Assembly: GCA_040285855.1 (NCBI GenBank)
Contig: JAUFOQ010000002.1
Coordinates: forward strand, 2,790,001-2,854,000
Source of the DNA: Eukaryota sp. GEM-RC1
Lineage: Eukaryota
Direction of reading: 5' to 3'
Length of the DNA stretch: 64,000 bases
Below, in pieces: positions 48,581 to 59,045 of this stretch (positions are counted from its first letter, which is position 1; the number at the start of each line of letters is the position of its first letter). Under the pieces are notes generated by a model. That model was given only the letters and a program-made list of their open reading frames with translations, ran no database searches and was not told where the DNA came from. Made by a program: the position numbers and the translations under genes.

Positions 48581-49651
48581 CAGTCAACACTGTTTATAGC
48601 GGGACTATATGTACCTACGCTATATAGAGTTTTACGCTATATAGAATAAACGCACTGTGCAGCTCCAATCTCAACAATGAGTGTTTATTTCAAGAAGATC
48701 TAGAAAGGACAAAGTATGGGTCATCCAAATATCCACATCGTGGACATAACTACATGGGATGGAGAAGGAAGAATGGACAAGACTAGAATCTGGGTGGTAA
48801 ATATTTTGAACGGAATTCAAGAAATGATCCAGATACGGAAGTTCTGGTGGAGTAACTTCATTCTGACCCTATTTGGACATGAAAGAGTGAAGAAGAGACA
48901 TGATCATCTCGCTTACACCTATGATGACATGATTCTTCTTCCAAGCAACCAGTTGTATCCCTTGTATCACCCTCCTCTCTGAGTAGATGAGTGATGAATC
49001 TCCAGAGATTATGAGAACGGATCTACCTCTTCCATCACTCCTTCTATTTCCCTATCAATTTGGGTTTGTTCTATGGCTTCATGGTAGTTCTGTATAGTTT
49101 CTTGTTGGTTCTCCCCATAAACACGATTCAATGAGGTTGTTTATCATAAATATATCTTCCGTCTACGTCTACGTTATAGCGTTGGTTTAGACCATGTGTT
49201 ATGCTCTTTTAGGGAACTCTTTTGGAGAGTATGGATGGTTGCTAGATAAAAAAGTTCTTGTGGTACGTCAATCAACATCCTACAGGGTTTTGATGGAGGA
49301 TTTACATTTGTTAGAAGCTGTAACACCAAAGATAATCTGAAATGAGCAAGATGTGAAAGGGATGATGTTGACGAGGCAGCTAAGACGGGGATGTCAGGCG
49401 TATCAAAGGAAATATGTCCAGTATATGTGAAGTCAAGAAAGAAGGTAATACACCTTCAAGTTGCTGATCAAAAGATGTTATCAGAATGAACGCCAGCAAT
49501 ACGACAGTTTATTACCAAAGAGAACTACTGATAGAGGCGACAGACAGGATGTCATATGGGAAAAGAGGAGGAAAATGTCGGACCATGAAAAGTGCACGCT
49601 ATATAGAGTTTTACGCTATATAGAGTTTCACGCTATAGACAGTTTTGACTG
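48581..49651. mobile_element. Non-autonomous Tc1/mariner (pogo-like) element
   Basis: 21-bp TIR CAGTCAA(C/A)ACTGT(T/C)TATAGCG, TA flanks, CGCTATATAGAGTTT direct repeats at both ends. Confidence 0.85.
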
Positions 49652-50487
49652 TAACCACTTTTTAATAATTATAAAATGTGAAATTCTGAGTAGTGGAAAT
49701 TCCTTCCTCCACTGAATAGAATTACCAAAAGAAGTAGATATAAGTTACACCAAAGGCTGTATTTTCAAGATAGAAGAAGGTAAGAGACCGTTGACGATGT
49801 ATAAATACGGCCACGTTTTCTCTTTTTCTTCTTTCCAAAACTGGATCTTGATGAAGTTGAACATGCGAACAACCCGTTCCTTGGCAGTGGAGAGGACTTT
49901 CAAACGACAGCCCTTCACTACTCATTGAAGTCCTTAATCTTCTACATCACTCAACAGACGGTAGTCTTGTTCTAACTGATGGCTTTGTTGACAGATTGTT
50001 GTGTGATAGAGTAAATGACCAGAGTATGAGTAAGATTGATGAGGAAAGCAGTGGTAAAGACATCAAGTAAAGTGACACGTGGCAGAAGTAGAGTGATACT
50101 TGGCAAAAGAAAGAGGGAGTGGAGCTAACAACGGACTTCCTCATTGGTTTGAAAGTAATCAGAGAAAAAGGGGTTTATGGCTTTAAGTCGAACAGAACAA
50201 GTCTCACTGCTGCGGATAACTGTGTATTTTTGTTTTTTGGTGTTCGGATCGAGATCTCTCGATCTTTGGTGTAAAGGGCAACTACACTAAAGGGTTCATC
50301 TTTGTATCTAGATATTGAATGTTGTGGGAAAGTAACAAGGAAAAGGAATTTACTACAGATTGTTTTACCAGCTGCAGTGGAACATACAACATGATAGATC
50401 TTACTACAATACGGTCTTAGAAACTCAGTACAACTACTGGTAAGTATAATAAAAACTGTGGCATGGATGTACAATTTATTGAAAAAG

Positions 50488-51175
50488 TTACTGTAACTTA
50501 GAAAAATAGTCTTGTGGTTTTGAAGGATCGATATCAGAAGCTCCTTCTTCAAAGTTGGCGGGGCAAACAGTTCCATGCTTCTTAGCGTGTTGGAAGGCCT
50601 TCAATAATCTAAGAGTTTCCTTGGGGGATCTACCAACAGACAGATCGTTGGTGGTTTCATGGCGGATAATTCCTTCATCATCAATCATGATCAGGGTACG
50701 GAGATGAACACCATCTTCAGCAATAAGGCATCTGTACTTGCGACCATAGTCGTGGTTGGAATCAGCAAGAAGAGGAAGTTTGAAGTCTTCACCAAGTCCA
50801 CCTTGGTTACGGGGTTGCATGCACCAGTTCATGTGAGAGAACTGAGAATCAGTAGAGACACCCAAAACAACACAGTTAAGCTTCTCGAATTCAGCCAACA
50901 AGTCGTTGTATGCATGGAGTTCAGTAGGACAAACAAAAGTGAAATCGAGAGGATATGATAAAATGACTACCCACTTTCCCTGGAGTTGTTCAAGGGAGAT
51001 TTCCTTGAAGTTGTGTTCATGATAGGCTGTTAGTTTGAATTCAGGAGCTACAATGAGACCGCGATCGAGGGACAATACCTTTCGATCCAACGAGAGGTCG
51101 GACGGAAGTACAAGTCACACATTCACAAGGTCCACAGCACTTGGTTTCACAGCAGGAAGATTTACAGCAAGACAT
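50488..51175 (-). CDS. Typical 2-Cys peroxiredoxin with Cys-rich N-terminal extension, 1 intron
   Basis: YPLDFTFVCPTE, GGLG, VGRS, VCPA; splicing gives MSCCKSSCCETKCCGPCECVTCTSVRPLVGSKAPEF. Confidence 0.93.
51048..51078 (-). other. Spliceosomal intron, 31 nt
   Basis: GTATTG...CTCATTGTAG; removal creates the canonical VG-x-x-AP-x-F peroxiredoxin start. Confidence 0.85.
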
Positions 51176-51989
51176 GTTGGAAAGAAATTGTTCGACTATT
51201 GACAGTTACTAGAAATAAGCAAGTGATGATGTGTCATTGGTTGTCACAGACACGTGACATATATTTCCAGAATCTCAACATTGTAAATCGACTCACAACC
51301 TATAACACAAGAATCTCACTGAAATGAAAGGATATATACCGATTGCGATCTCTCTCACAGCATGCATTGTCATGAGAATTAATAGGTTTTTCCCAAATTT
51401 TCATGAACAATAACTTGACAGCAACACTACAGTGTACATACATATAATATTTGGGCTTTACAGTTTCATTTTTTCTACTACCAGCCATACCTCTATAATT
51501 TCTCACCTTTGGGGATGAGAAATTATCTAGAGAGAGCTACAATAGTTTTCATTTTGGGTTTAGTGAATATCCCAGCCCCATTTTACCAACAATGAATTCC
51601 CCCACACACCCTAGCCCAATTCCCATAAACTTTTTTTTACTTATGGGATACACTTTTGAGATACTCTGGGACTCAGGACTCGACTTAACGAGCATGTCTG
51701 TCCACGCTTCGGAAGTCACCAAAGTGAGGGCTGTTTGGTCCTATCTCTGGATGGGGAAGATACATCTTTTTTTCTTCATTGTCTCGCAAAGTACGATCTC
51801 TCGCTGGATAAACAGCGCATATTCTCCTTCTTATGATAATCTTTCATCTTCACATTCTGACCGTCACAAGCTGAAAGCATATGTCGACTTGGAAATCTTG
51901 ATTGATTATGTTTTTCTTTTGTTCATAAAGTTAAGCCATATATGCCAGTCTTTTGTCACTATCTATTGTCTTTTAGTTTAGTTGACACA

Positions 51990-52170
51990 TGTATTACAAC
52001 ATTTGTAATTCATGTAACAACTAAAAGATGTGTTTTACAAGATGTGTTTTACAACATTCGTAATACAAAATGTGTAATACAACATTCGTAATACAAAATG
52101 TGTAATACAAGCTGTGTAATACAACATTCGTAATACAAAATGTGTAATACAAGATGTGTAATCCAAAATG
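51990..52170. repeat. 14-bp period minisatellite
   Basis: Units GTAATACAA+(CATTC/AATGT/GCTGT/GATGT). Confidence 0.85.
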
Positions 52171-52415
52171 AAACTATCAAAATTACCTATATTGTCCAAT
52201 CTTTTCAAAATTAAATATAATTCAAATAAAACACACATACCAGTCTTTTCATCATTTTTCAAATACTCTTTCAAAACATGAAACAATTCCACAAGCACAT
52301 CTCTACAATAACGTTCATCAACATTATCCCTATTAATCACATCGGTAATGTAACAGTTTACAAAGTACATGTACTTTAAGATTTCATCAGTGAAAGAACT
52401 TTCTGCATCACAATC

Positions 52416-53006
52416 TTGTTAGTCTTTCTTCGTAGATCTTTGTTTCCAAATCTCAATGTTCTGTGTCGGAGGAGACTTCTTTGTACCTCCCAAACCGCTT
52501 TCCGACGTCCACAACCCAGAAAACGAATAACTCCTCCCCCAGCCTCTTCTAATGCTGATTCGATTAGGTTCCAAAACATTCGTCCCTTTCAACTTTCTGG
52601 TACTTCTTTAAGACCTCATAGTGGTTCGTCTGTTTCCTCTCAGCAACATCCTAAACCAAGACGGTCATCAGCTACACCTACATATTCATCTGGTAATTCG
52701 CCACATATCGCCATTCCACGCCCCTCCACTGCCCCTTCTGGCGTCTATGTTGTCTCTCCAAAAGCTACCAACACTAAACTCTATTCTCCATCATCATTCT
52801 CCCCTCATCGCTCAAGGAACAACCTGAAACCTCTGCACCCTGTTCACTCTCCTTCAAATGAACTAACTACTGGACCTCCTCCTAGTCCTGTTAGTTTTTC
52901 TGTTAGAAAACCACTTCTGTTCAATGATAACGAACAGACTACGTTTATTTCTTCAACGCAGTTATCTCCATCGGCGATCTCTTTGAATAAGAACAGGAGC
53001 ACTTGA
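52416..53006 (+). CDS. Hypothetical Ser/Pro/Arg-rich disordered protein; true start unclear
   Basis: 196-codon ORF with RPSTAP motif; no in-frame ATG. Confidence 0.45.
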   Translation: MLVFLRRSLFPNLNVLCRRRLLCTSQTAFRRPQPRKRITPPPASSNADSIRFQNIRPFQLSGTSLRPHSGSSVSSQQHPKPRRSSATPTYSSGNSPHIAIPRPSTAPSGVYVVSPKATNTKLYSPSSFSPHRSRNNLKPLHPVHSPSNELTTGPPPSPVSFSVRKPLLFNDNEQTTFISSTQLSPSAISLNKNRST

Positions 53007-53446
53007 ATTGTAATACTATTGCATTTGTACATAATACACTATTATTGTAGTTTTATTGATCTAAATATACATCCTACATTTAACCTCATTTCTTATTACA
53101 ACAGTCCGTCCTCATCAAACAAAGTTTTCAATATTTCCATTGGACATGCCTGACTTTCGAGCCACAACTTCTTGCGACAACTGTCTTGTCATGAAGATTT
53201 TCTTGATGAATACTACTGTGTTTTCCCCCCATCTCTTCTTTTGGGGGCTGTGGGGCAAGTCCTGTTATGTCAAAGTCTCATGTATGATTGAAAATGAGTG
53301 TAAGTATAGAGTGTAGTCGTGATTACAAACTAAGACCTAAATTATGATTGAAGAAGAGCCTAATATATATCTTAAAAACTAAACCTTAAAGAATTAAACA
53401 AAAACCTAATAAACTAAACTAATTTGAACTAAAATTCACATTTAAA

Positions 53447-54920
53447 TCAATGCTTCCGTAACTTGCAAACAAAAAACCCGTGAATATTATGCACATGTGG
53501 ATAAAACCGTCTACACAACGTAACTTTCTTGTTCAAAACCTTACTGCCATTAACATAAATTCCTGGCTCCCCGAATTCAATCCCAGTATCAACAATAGAA
53601 ACAGGACACGAACTTAGTGCGTAGTCAATAACCTCCTCGTTTTCCTCCAAAGTGATAGAACATGTAGAGTAAACAATAGTTCCACCAGACTTTGTAAGAG
53701 AAATGGCAGTTCGTAGAAGCTCCTTCTGCAAATGGGTGGTCTTCTTGATATCGTCATCTGTTCTTGATAGCTTAACAGACGGATCCTTGTCAATGACACC
53801 TAGTCCAGAACAAGGGGCATCAAGAAGAACACGGTCAAAAACACCAAGTTTTTGATCCAGTTTCCGACCGTCATAGTTAACAACCACTGTGTTAGTTACT
53901 CCTAGTCGATGTATATTCGCAATCAGACCCTTCGTACGATCTACACTCACATCATTAGCAACAACAAATCCAGTATTCTTCATTAACTGTGATATAAAGG
54001 TTGTCTTACCTCCAGGAGCAGAGCACATATCTAGAATGCTCTCATTGGGTTTAGGATCGAGAGCCATAACAGGGAGGAAGGAGGAAGCAGATTGGATCAT
54101 GTAGAGACCTCCAAGATACTCAGGAGTAGCACCAATAGGAACCTGACTGTCAAAGACAATGAGACCTACGGAGGACCATTGGATTGGCTCTAGGTTGACA
54201 CCACGAGTGATGAGAGCTTTGGCTAGATCCTTACGGCGTGTTTTGAGAGTGTTTGTACGGATAACGATGGGGCGAGGAGCTTCTACTTGTTCGAGATATG
54301 TGAGGAGTTCGTGAGGACTGAAGAGGCGGAGGAACTTTGTGATTAGGTTAGGGAGGAATTCGTAGAAAACAGCAAGATCAACGGTCAGGCGTTCAAGGTA
54401 GTCGCTTCTGGATTTATCAGGAGATTTACGAGAAGAGAACTCAGAGAGAACATGTAGAATTGCTTGTATACGTTCATTAATGACTGTACGATCGGAAAGA
54501 GCTTCTGTTTCATTGTCAGGAAAGATGTTGATATTGGCAATAGAAACTTCTTGTATTTCAGCTGCAGCATCCTCTTGAACTGCTTTGACTTTGATTAATT
54601 AGGAAAAGAGTAATCAAACCTCGTTTAGCATATAGTTTGGCTTTATCCTCAAAGGAGAGGGTGTCATCGTCGTCTTCATTATCAGAAGAAGAAAGTTCTT
54701 CATCACCAAAGTCATCGATCAAAGGAGCATCAGTAAGGTCTAAATCCTCTTCATTATCAGATAATTCAGATTGACTGTTATCATCGCCGTCAGAGTCTGC
54801 AAAGAGAGATTTCTTGTTATAAGACTCATCTTCTACAGACTCATCTTCTACAGATTCGACCTCCTTCTCGATTTTAGGCTTTTTAAGTTCTTTAGCTGAT
54901 GAACGAGTCCTTACAGGCAT
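53447..54920 (-). CDS. NOP2: rRNA m5C methyltransferase Nop2/NSUN1, 1 intron
   Basis: RTNTLKTRRKDLAKALITRGVNL, PIGATPEYLGG, LDMCSAPGGKTT, LDAPCSG, VYSTCS, RFYPHVHN; acidic N-terminus joined by intron 54589-54619. Confidence 0.95.
54589..54619 (-). other. Spliceosomal intron, 31 nt
   Basis: GTTTGATTA...TTAATCAAAG; removal restores the NOP2 frame. Confidence 0.8.
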
Positions 54921-55424
54921 AGAGAGAGATGGGAAGGAAGTGAGGAAGGGAATCCAAATTTTTGACTAAATGTGTAACTTTGTCGTTATTGTGTAACAAA
55001 CTGTGATGGATCAACTCAATCTACCTACATGTACTTAGATGCAAACACTTCCTAATTAGCTGTATTGTACTGATGTTCTATGTGCTTACAGCCAAAGAAT
55101 CGACAAATCAACATAAACATTTATGTAGAACATTGCTTAAACTAAATACCAAGCTGAATGAACACCCATCTACAATCAATATATAACCAGAGAAAGAATA
55201 TAAACAAAAACACCAACATACAAAAGACCAACATTAACACTGGTTACTCTTATACCACTGGTAATAAATATTCGATGTTATATTCAATTACTACTAGTAA
55301 AAGACTCTAACTCAATATTCAAGAGTTACCGCCCAAAGTTATGTTTAAAATAAGGAAACATATCCCATAAACCAAATCTTCTACTGAAGAAGAATACTTC
55401 TGTTTTGAAAGATACTGGTAAGTT

Positions 55425-56218
55425 TCATGAAAACTGTTGGTACAAGACTGAAAGTCTGTTTAAAATAACAACACACTTATTCGAAGTTGACTGAACAAGA
55501 TTATACTGCTCAGAACCAATCACGAAATGAAACCAATCAGACCGGTCAATAATAGTCGTAATTGGAGAAGGTCTCGGGGGTCGACTATCAAACATCAATC
55601 CACTTGACAGTTTGTGTAAATGAAGATGAAAAGTACCAGACCTCAAAGTAATACAAAAAGACGTTGACATTTCATCAAAAGAAAATACAAAATTTCGCAA
55701 TTTTTTAATTAATTCCTCAGAGTCATCTCCAGAACACCAAAAATCAAAAGTTCCCGTGGAAAATATTCCAATATTTCGAAAATCTTCTTTAAAGGCAGAT
55801 CCATACACAGTTTCTTCAAGTGCAATAAGAACAATTGATGTTTTGACACAATTTATAAAACCCATAACATCTTCACTATTAGTAAAAGACATTGGGAGTG
55901 GTTTTGATGTGAGTGAGCCTAAGGTGTGCTCACATAGCTGCCGTAGAACAGGATCTGGAGTGGAGGAGGGGACTTGATGAGAGGATTTAGCAGGGGGAGA
56001 TATGAAAAGATCAGAGTTGCAGTGTCGTTGGTAGCGATGTAGACAGACAGAGATCCACATTTGATGAAGAAGGGAACATATGAAAGAACTTCAGTGGAGC
56101 GGACAATTAGACTTTGAACAATTGCTGATATAAAGCAAGGATTGATAGGTTTTGCTTGGAAAGAATGATGCCAAAGAGGTTTAGCTCCATTTGATAGTAG
56201 AAGTATGTCTAAGAACAT
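55425..56218 (-). CDS. Hypothetical protein, possibly longin-like N-terminus; apparent frameshift near 55992-55996; may extend to 55319
   Basis: ATG 56218; overlapping ORFs 55919-56224 and 55425-56060. Confidence 0.5.
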
Positions 56219-56318
56219 CAACAATGAAGAGTGTGGGGATGAAGACCTGGACTCAACTCAGCTCTCAACTGAACAAATATTTTCCTCAAAACCCTTGTTC
56301 CTGTTGTTGATAGGTTCT

Positions 56319-58967
56319 ATGCCTGTTTCAGTTCTTTTTATAGCAGAAAAACCTTCTGTTTCTCTGGCAATTGCCAACGCTCTTGCAAATGGTAGAATCT
56401 CCACCACCAAAAACTGTACTCCAATCCATTCCTTCAATTTCTCTCTTGACGGTACTTCATTCTCTGCACAATGCTCTGCAGTCACTGGGCACATATTCGC
56501 TCGTGACTTCCCCCCTCAATATCAGAATCGTTCTCAAGTCAACCCCCTAGATCTTTTCGACGCTCCCACAGTTCTTGTTCCCCAGAACAAACACATCCTC
56601 TCCCACTTATCCTCTCTTGCCCGTAACATCAAAATCCTCTATCTAGCATTGGATTACGATAATGAAGGTGAGAACATTTGCTTTGAGATCCTTGATGTTG
56701 TTTCTAACTCTCTTTCTCCTTCTACTTCTATTCTTAGACTTAATTTCTCTGCTCTAAGTAGGGATGATATTGTGAAAAGTATTCGAAATGCCGGTCCTCC
56801 TAATCTTGCTTTAAGCAAGTCTGTCGACGCGAGACAAGAGATTGATTTGAAGGTCGGAGTGGCTTTCACACGTTTCCAAACTGATTTTCTCAAGGGAATG
56901 TTTGAACTTGGTCAATCAAGTTTGATTAGTTATGGACCTTGCCAGATACCTGCGTGTTCTTTTGTCGTGGCTCAAGAAGATCGTATTAAACAATTCAAAC
57001 CGGAAAGTTTTTGGATTTTACAATTGAAATTGTCTGGTTTTGATAAGTTAGTGTTTGAAAGTAAACGACGTGAGATTTATGATGAACAAATCGCTCGAGT
57101 GTTGAGATTGTATATTTTAAATAATGCTAGTTCTGATAAGAATGTTGTTTTCTCAAATGTTCAAGCTAAAAGCGAGTCGAAATCACGACCTCTAGCTTTA
57201 AATACTGTTGAATTATTAAAAAAAGCTTCAGTTATGGGTGTTGCTCCTGATCAAACAATGAGAGTTGCTGAAGATTTGTATCTGCAGGGTCTGATTTCTT
57301 ACCCAAGAACTGAAACTACTACTTATCCTGGCTCTTTTGAGTTTAGAAATGTTTTAACTGGTTTACGAAATTCAAATTATTCAAATGTTGTTGATGGATT
57401 ACTTCAAAAGTCAACGTTTACTCCCAAAAAGGGTCAAGATTGTGGAGATCATATTCCAATCACCCCGACTGGGAAACTGCCATCTGGACTATCAGGTAAT
57501 CACTCGAAAATCTTTGATATCGTCATCTCTAATTTCCTAGCTTCCATATCAGAAGATGCAAAGTACAATGTTTTAAATTTGTCTGTAACTTTAGGTTTGG
57601 AGGTTTTCTCTACTTCTGTACGAGTATTAAGTTCACCTGGATTCCTGTCTGTGTACGGATCAAGTCATTCAGAAGAAACTAGAAGTCAGAACTATTCTTT
57701 TAAGGTCGGTGATCGCTTTCCAATCAGTGATGATTGTTTGGTTTTGTCACAATATGAAACGTCACCGCCTACTCATTTGACTGAATCAAAATTGATTGGT
57801 TTGATGGAACAGTATTCGATTGGTACAGATGCGTCGATAGCCACACATATTTCAAATATTGTGAACAGGGGATATGTTGAAGTTTCTGGTACTGCTAGGC
57901 AATACATTCCTACTGATTTAGGAAGGATGTTGTACCATGGATATTTGAAAATTGATCCTGATATCGTGTTGCCGACTGTCAGAGGTGAAATCGAAAAGTC
58001 AATCAAATTGATTGCTGATCAAAAGGCTGATTTTGATACTGTTGTTCAGCACTCCCTTGCTAATTTTAAACGAAAATATCTATATTTTGTTGATAATATT
58101 TCAAAAATGGTTGATTTATTCACTGCAAAGTTTACAACAGTAGCTGATTCAGCAAAACCTATTTCAAGATGTGGACAATGTTTTAAATTTTTAAAACTAA
58201 TTTCAACAAGCCCACCCAAACTGTTCTGTCTTGATTGTAAAGAAAACTTTCTCGTACCAGGTCTTCCAAATTCAAGAGATGTTGACGTCAGCGGATCAGG
58301 AAACCAGACATGTCCTGTAGATAATTTCGAGCTTGCTGTCGTCAACAACAATGGCCGAAAACAACTATTTTGTCCACGATGTTTTACTTTTCCTCCTTTT
58401 AAAAATTCAAATACTAAAGATTTGGAATGTGTTCATTGTTTAGATCCTAAATGTCCACACAGAATTTCAAATCTTTCTTTTGGACCGTGTACAAAATCTA
58501 ATTGTTCCGGAAATCTATTCCTCGATTTTTCATCAAAAATCTGCTTAGTTTGTAATGAATGTGTCTGGAAGTTGACGTGTTCTGTAGTTAGCAAGTATTC
58601 TGTATCAAAACATAGTTGTTCTGATTGTAATTACAAGTTGGTCTCAGTTAGTTTCAAGAAAGGTACAACTTTACCAAAGGACTTTAGAACTTCTAATGTT
58701 GATTTAACCAAGTCTTATGAAGCTTGTCTGTTCTGTGATCCTTTACTATCGAATTTTTCTAAAATTTCAAATTCTGAAGAAGCACCAGTCTTTTTCAGAG
58801 GACGTGGTAGAGGAAGAGGTAGAGGGCGTGGCAGACCTGACAGTGGACGTGGGAATCGGGGAGGAAGTTCTAGGGGAAGAGGACGTAGAGAGAGGGACAG
58901 TGATCGACTTACAAGCACTCAAGAACAATATGTTTATCATGAAAATCCAAATTATCTTCAATTTTGA
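56319..58967 (+). CDS. TOP3B: DNA/RNA topoisomerase III beta
   Basis: VLFIAEKPS, DYDNEGENI, DARQEIDLKVG, ISYGPCQ, ISYPRTE, IGTDAS; Zn-ribbon repeats and C-terminal RG/RGG box. Confidence 0.93.
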   Translation: MPVSVLFIAEKPSVSLAIANALANGRISTTKNCTPIHSFNFSLDGTSFSAQCSAVTGHIFARDFPPQYQNRSQVNPLDLFDAPTVLVPQNKHILSHLSSLARNIKILYLALDYDNEGENICFEILDVVSNSLSPSTSILRLNFSALSRDDIVKSIRNAGPPNLALSKSVDARQEIDLKVGVAFTRFQTDFLKGMFELGQSSLISYGPCQIPACSFVVAQEDRIKQFKPESFWILQLKLSGFDKLVFESKRREIYDEQIARVLRLYILNNASSDKNVVFSNVQAKSESKSRPLALNTVELLKKASVMGVAPDQTMRVAEDLYLQGLISYPRTETTTYPGSFEFRNVLTGLRNSNYSNVVDGLLQKSTFTPKKGQDCGDHIPITPTGKLPSGLSGNHSKIFDIVISNFLASISEDAKYNVLNLSVTLGLEVFSTSVRVLSSPGFLSVYGSSHSEETRSQNYSFKVGDRFPISDDCLVLSQYETSPPTHLTESKLIGLMEQYSIGTDASIATHISNIVNRGYVEVSGTARQYIPTDLGRMLYHGYLKIDPDIVLPTVRGEIEKSIKLIADQKADFDTVVQHSLANFKRKYLYFVDNISKMVDLFTAKFTTVADSAKPISRCGQCFKFLKLISTSPPKLFCLDCKENFLVPGLPNSRDVDVSGSGNQTCPVDNFELAVVNNNGRKQLFCPRCFTFPPFKNSNTKDLECVHCLDPKCPHRISNLSFGPCTKSNCSGNLFLDFSSKICLVCNECVWKLTCSVVSKYSVSKHSCSDCNYKLVSVSFKKGTTLPKDFRTSNVDLTKSYEACLFCDPLLSNFSKISNSEEAPVFFRGRGRGRGRGRGRPDSGRGNRGGSSRGRGRRERDSDRLTSTQEQYVYHENPNYLQF

Positions 58968-59045
58968 AAAAGTTTCTAACATTATATTACATTTAATAAA
59001 TTACAACTCGCTAAACAATAATTAAAAAAACACAATTAATTAAAA

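Noticed and set aside
51990..52170. CRISPR-like array
   Set aside because: Tandem 14-bp units with no unique spacers, no cas genes, eukaryotic context; the same applies to repeats at 6370-6500 and 23460-23560, which are TE subterminal repeats
56205..56318. N-terminal extension of TOP3B from ATG 56205
   Set aside because: Overlaps the divergent gene's start; conserved TOPRIM sequence begins right after ATG 56319
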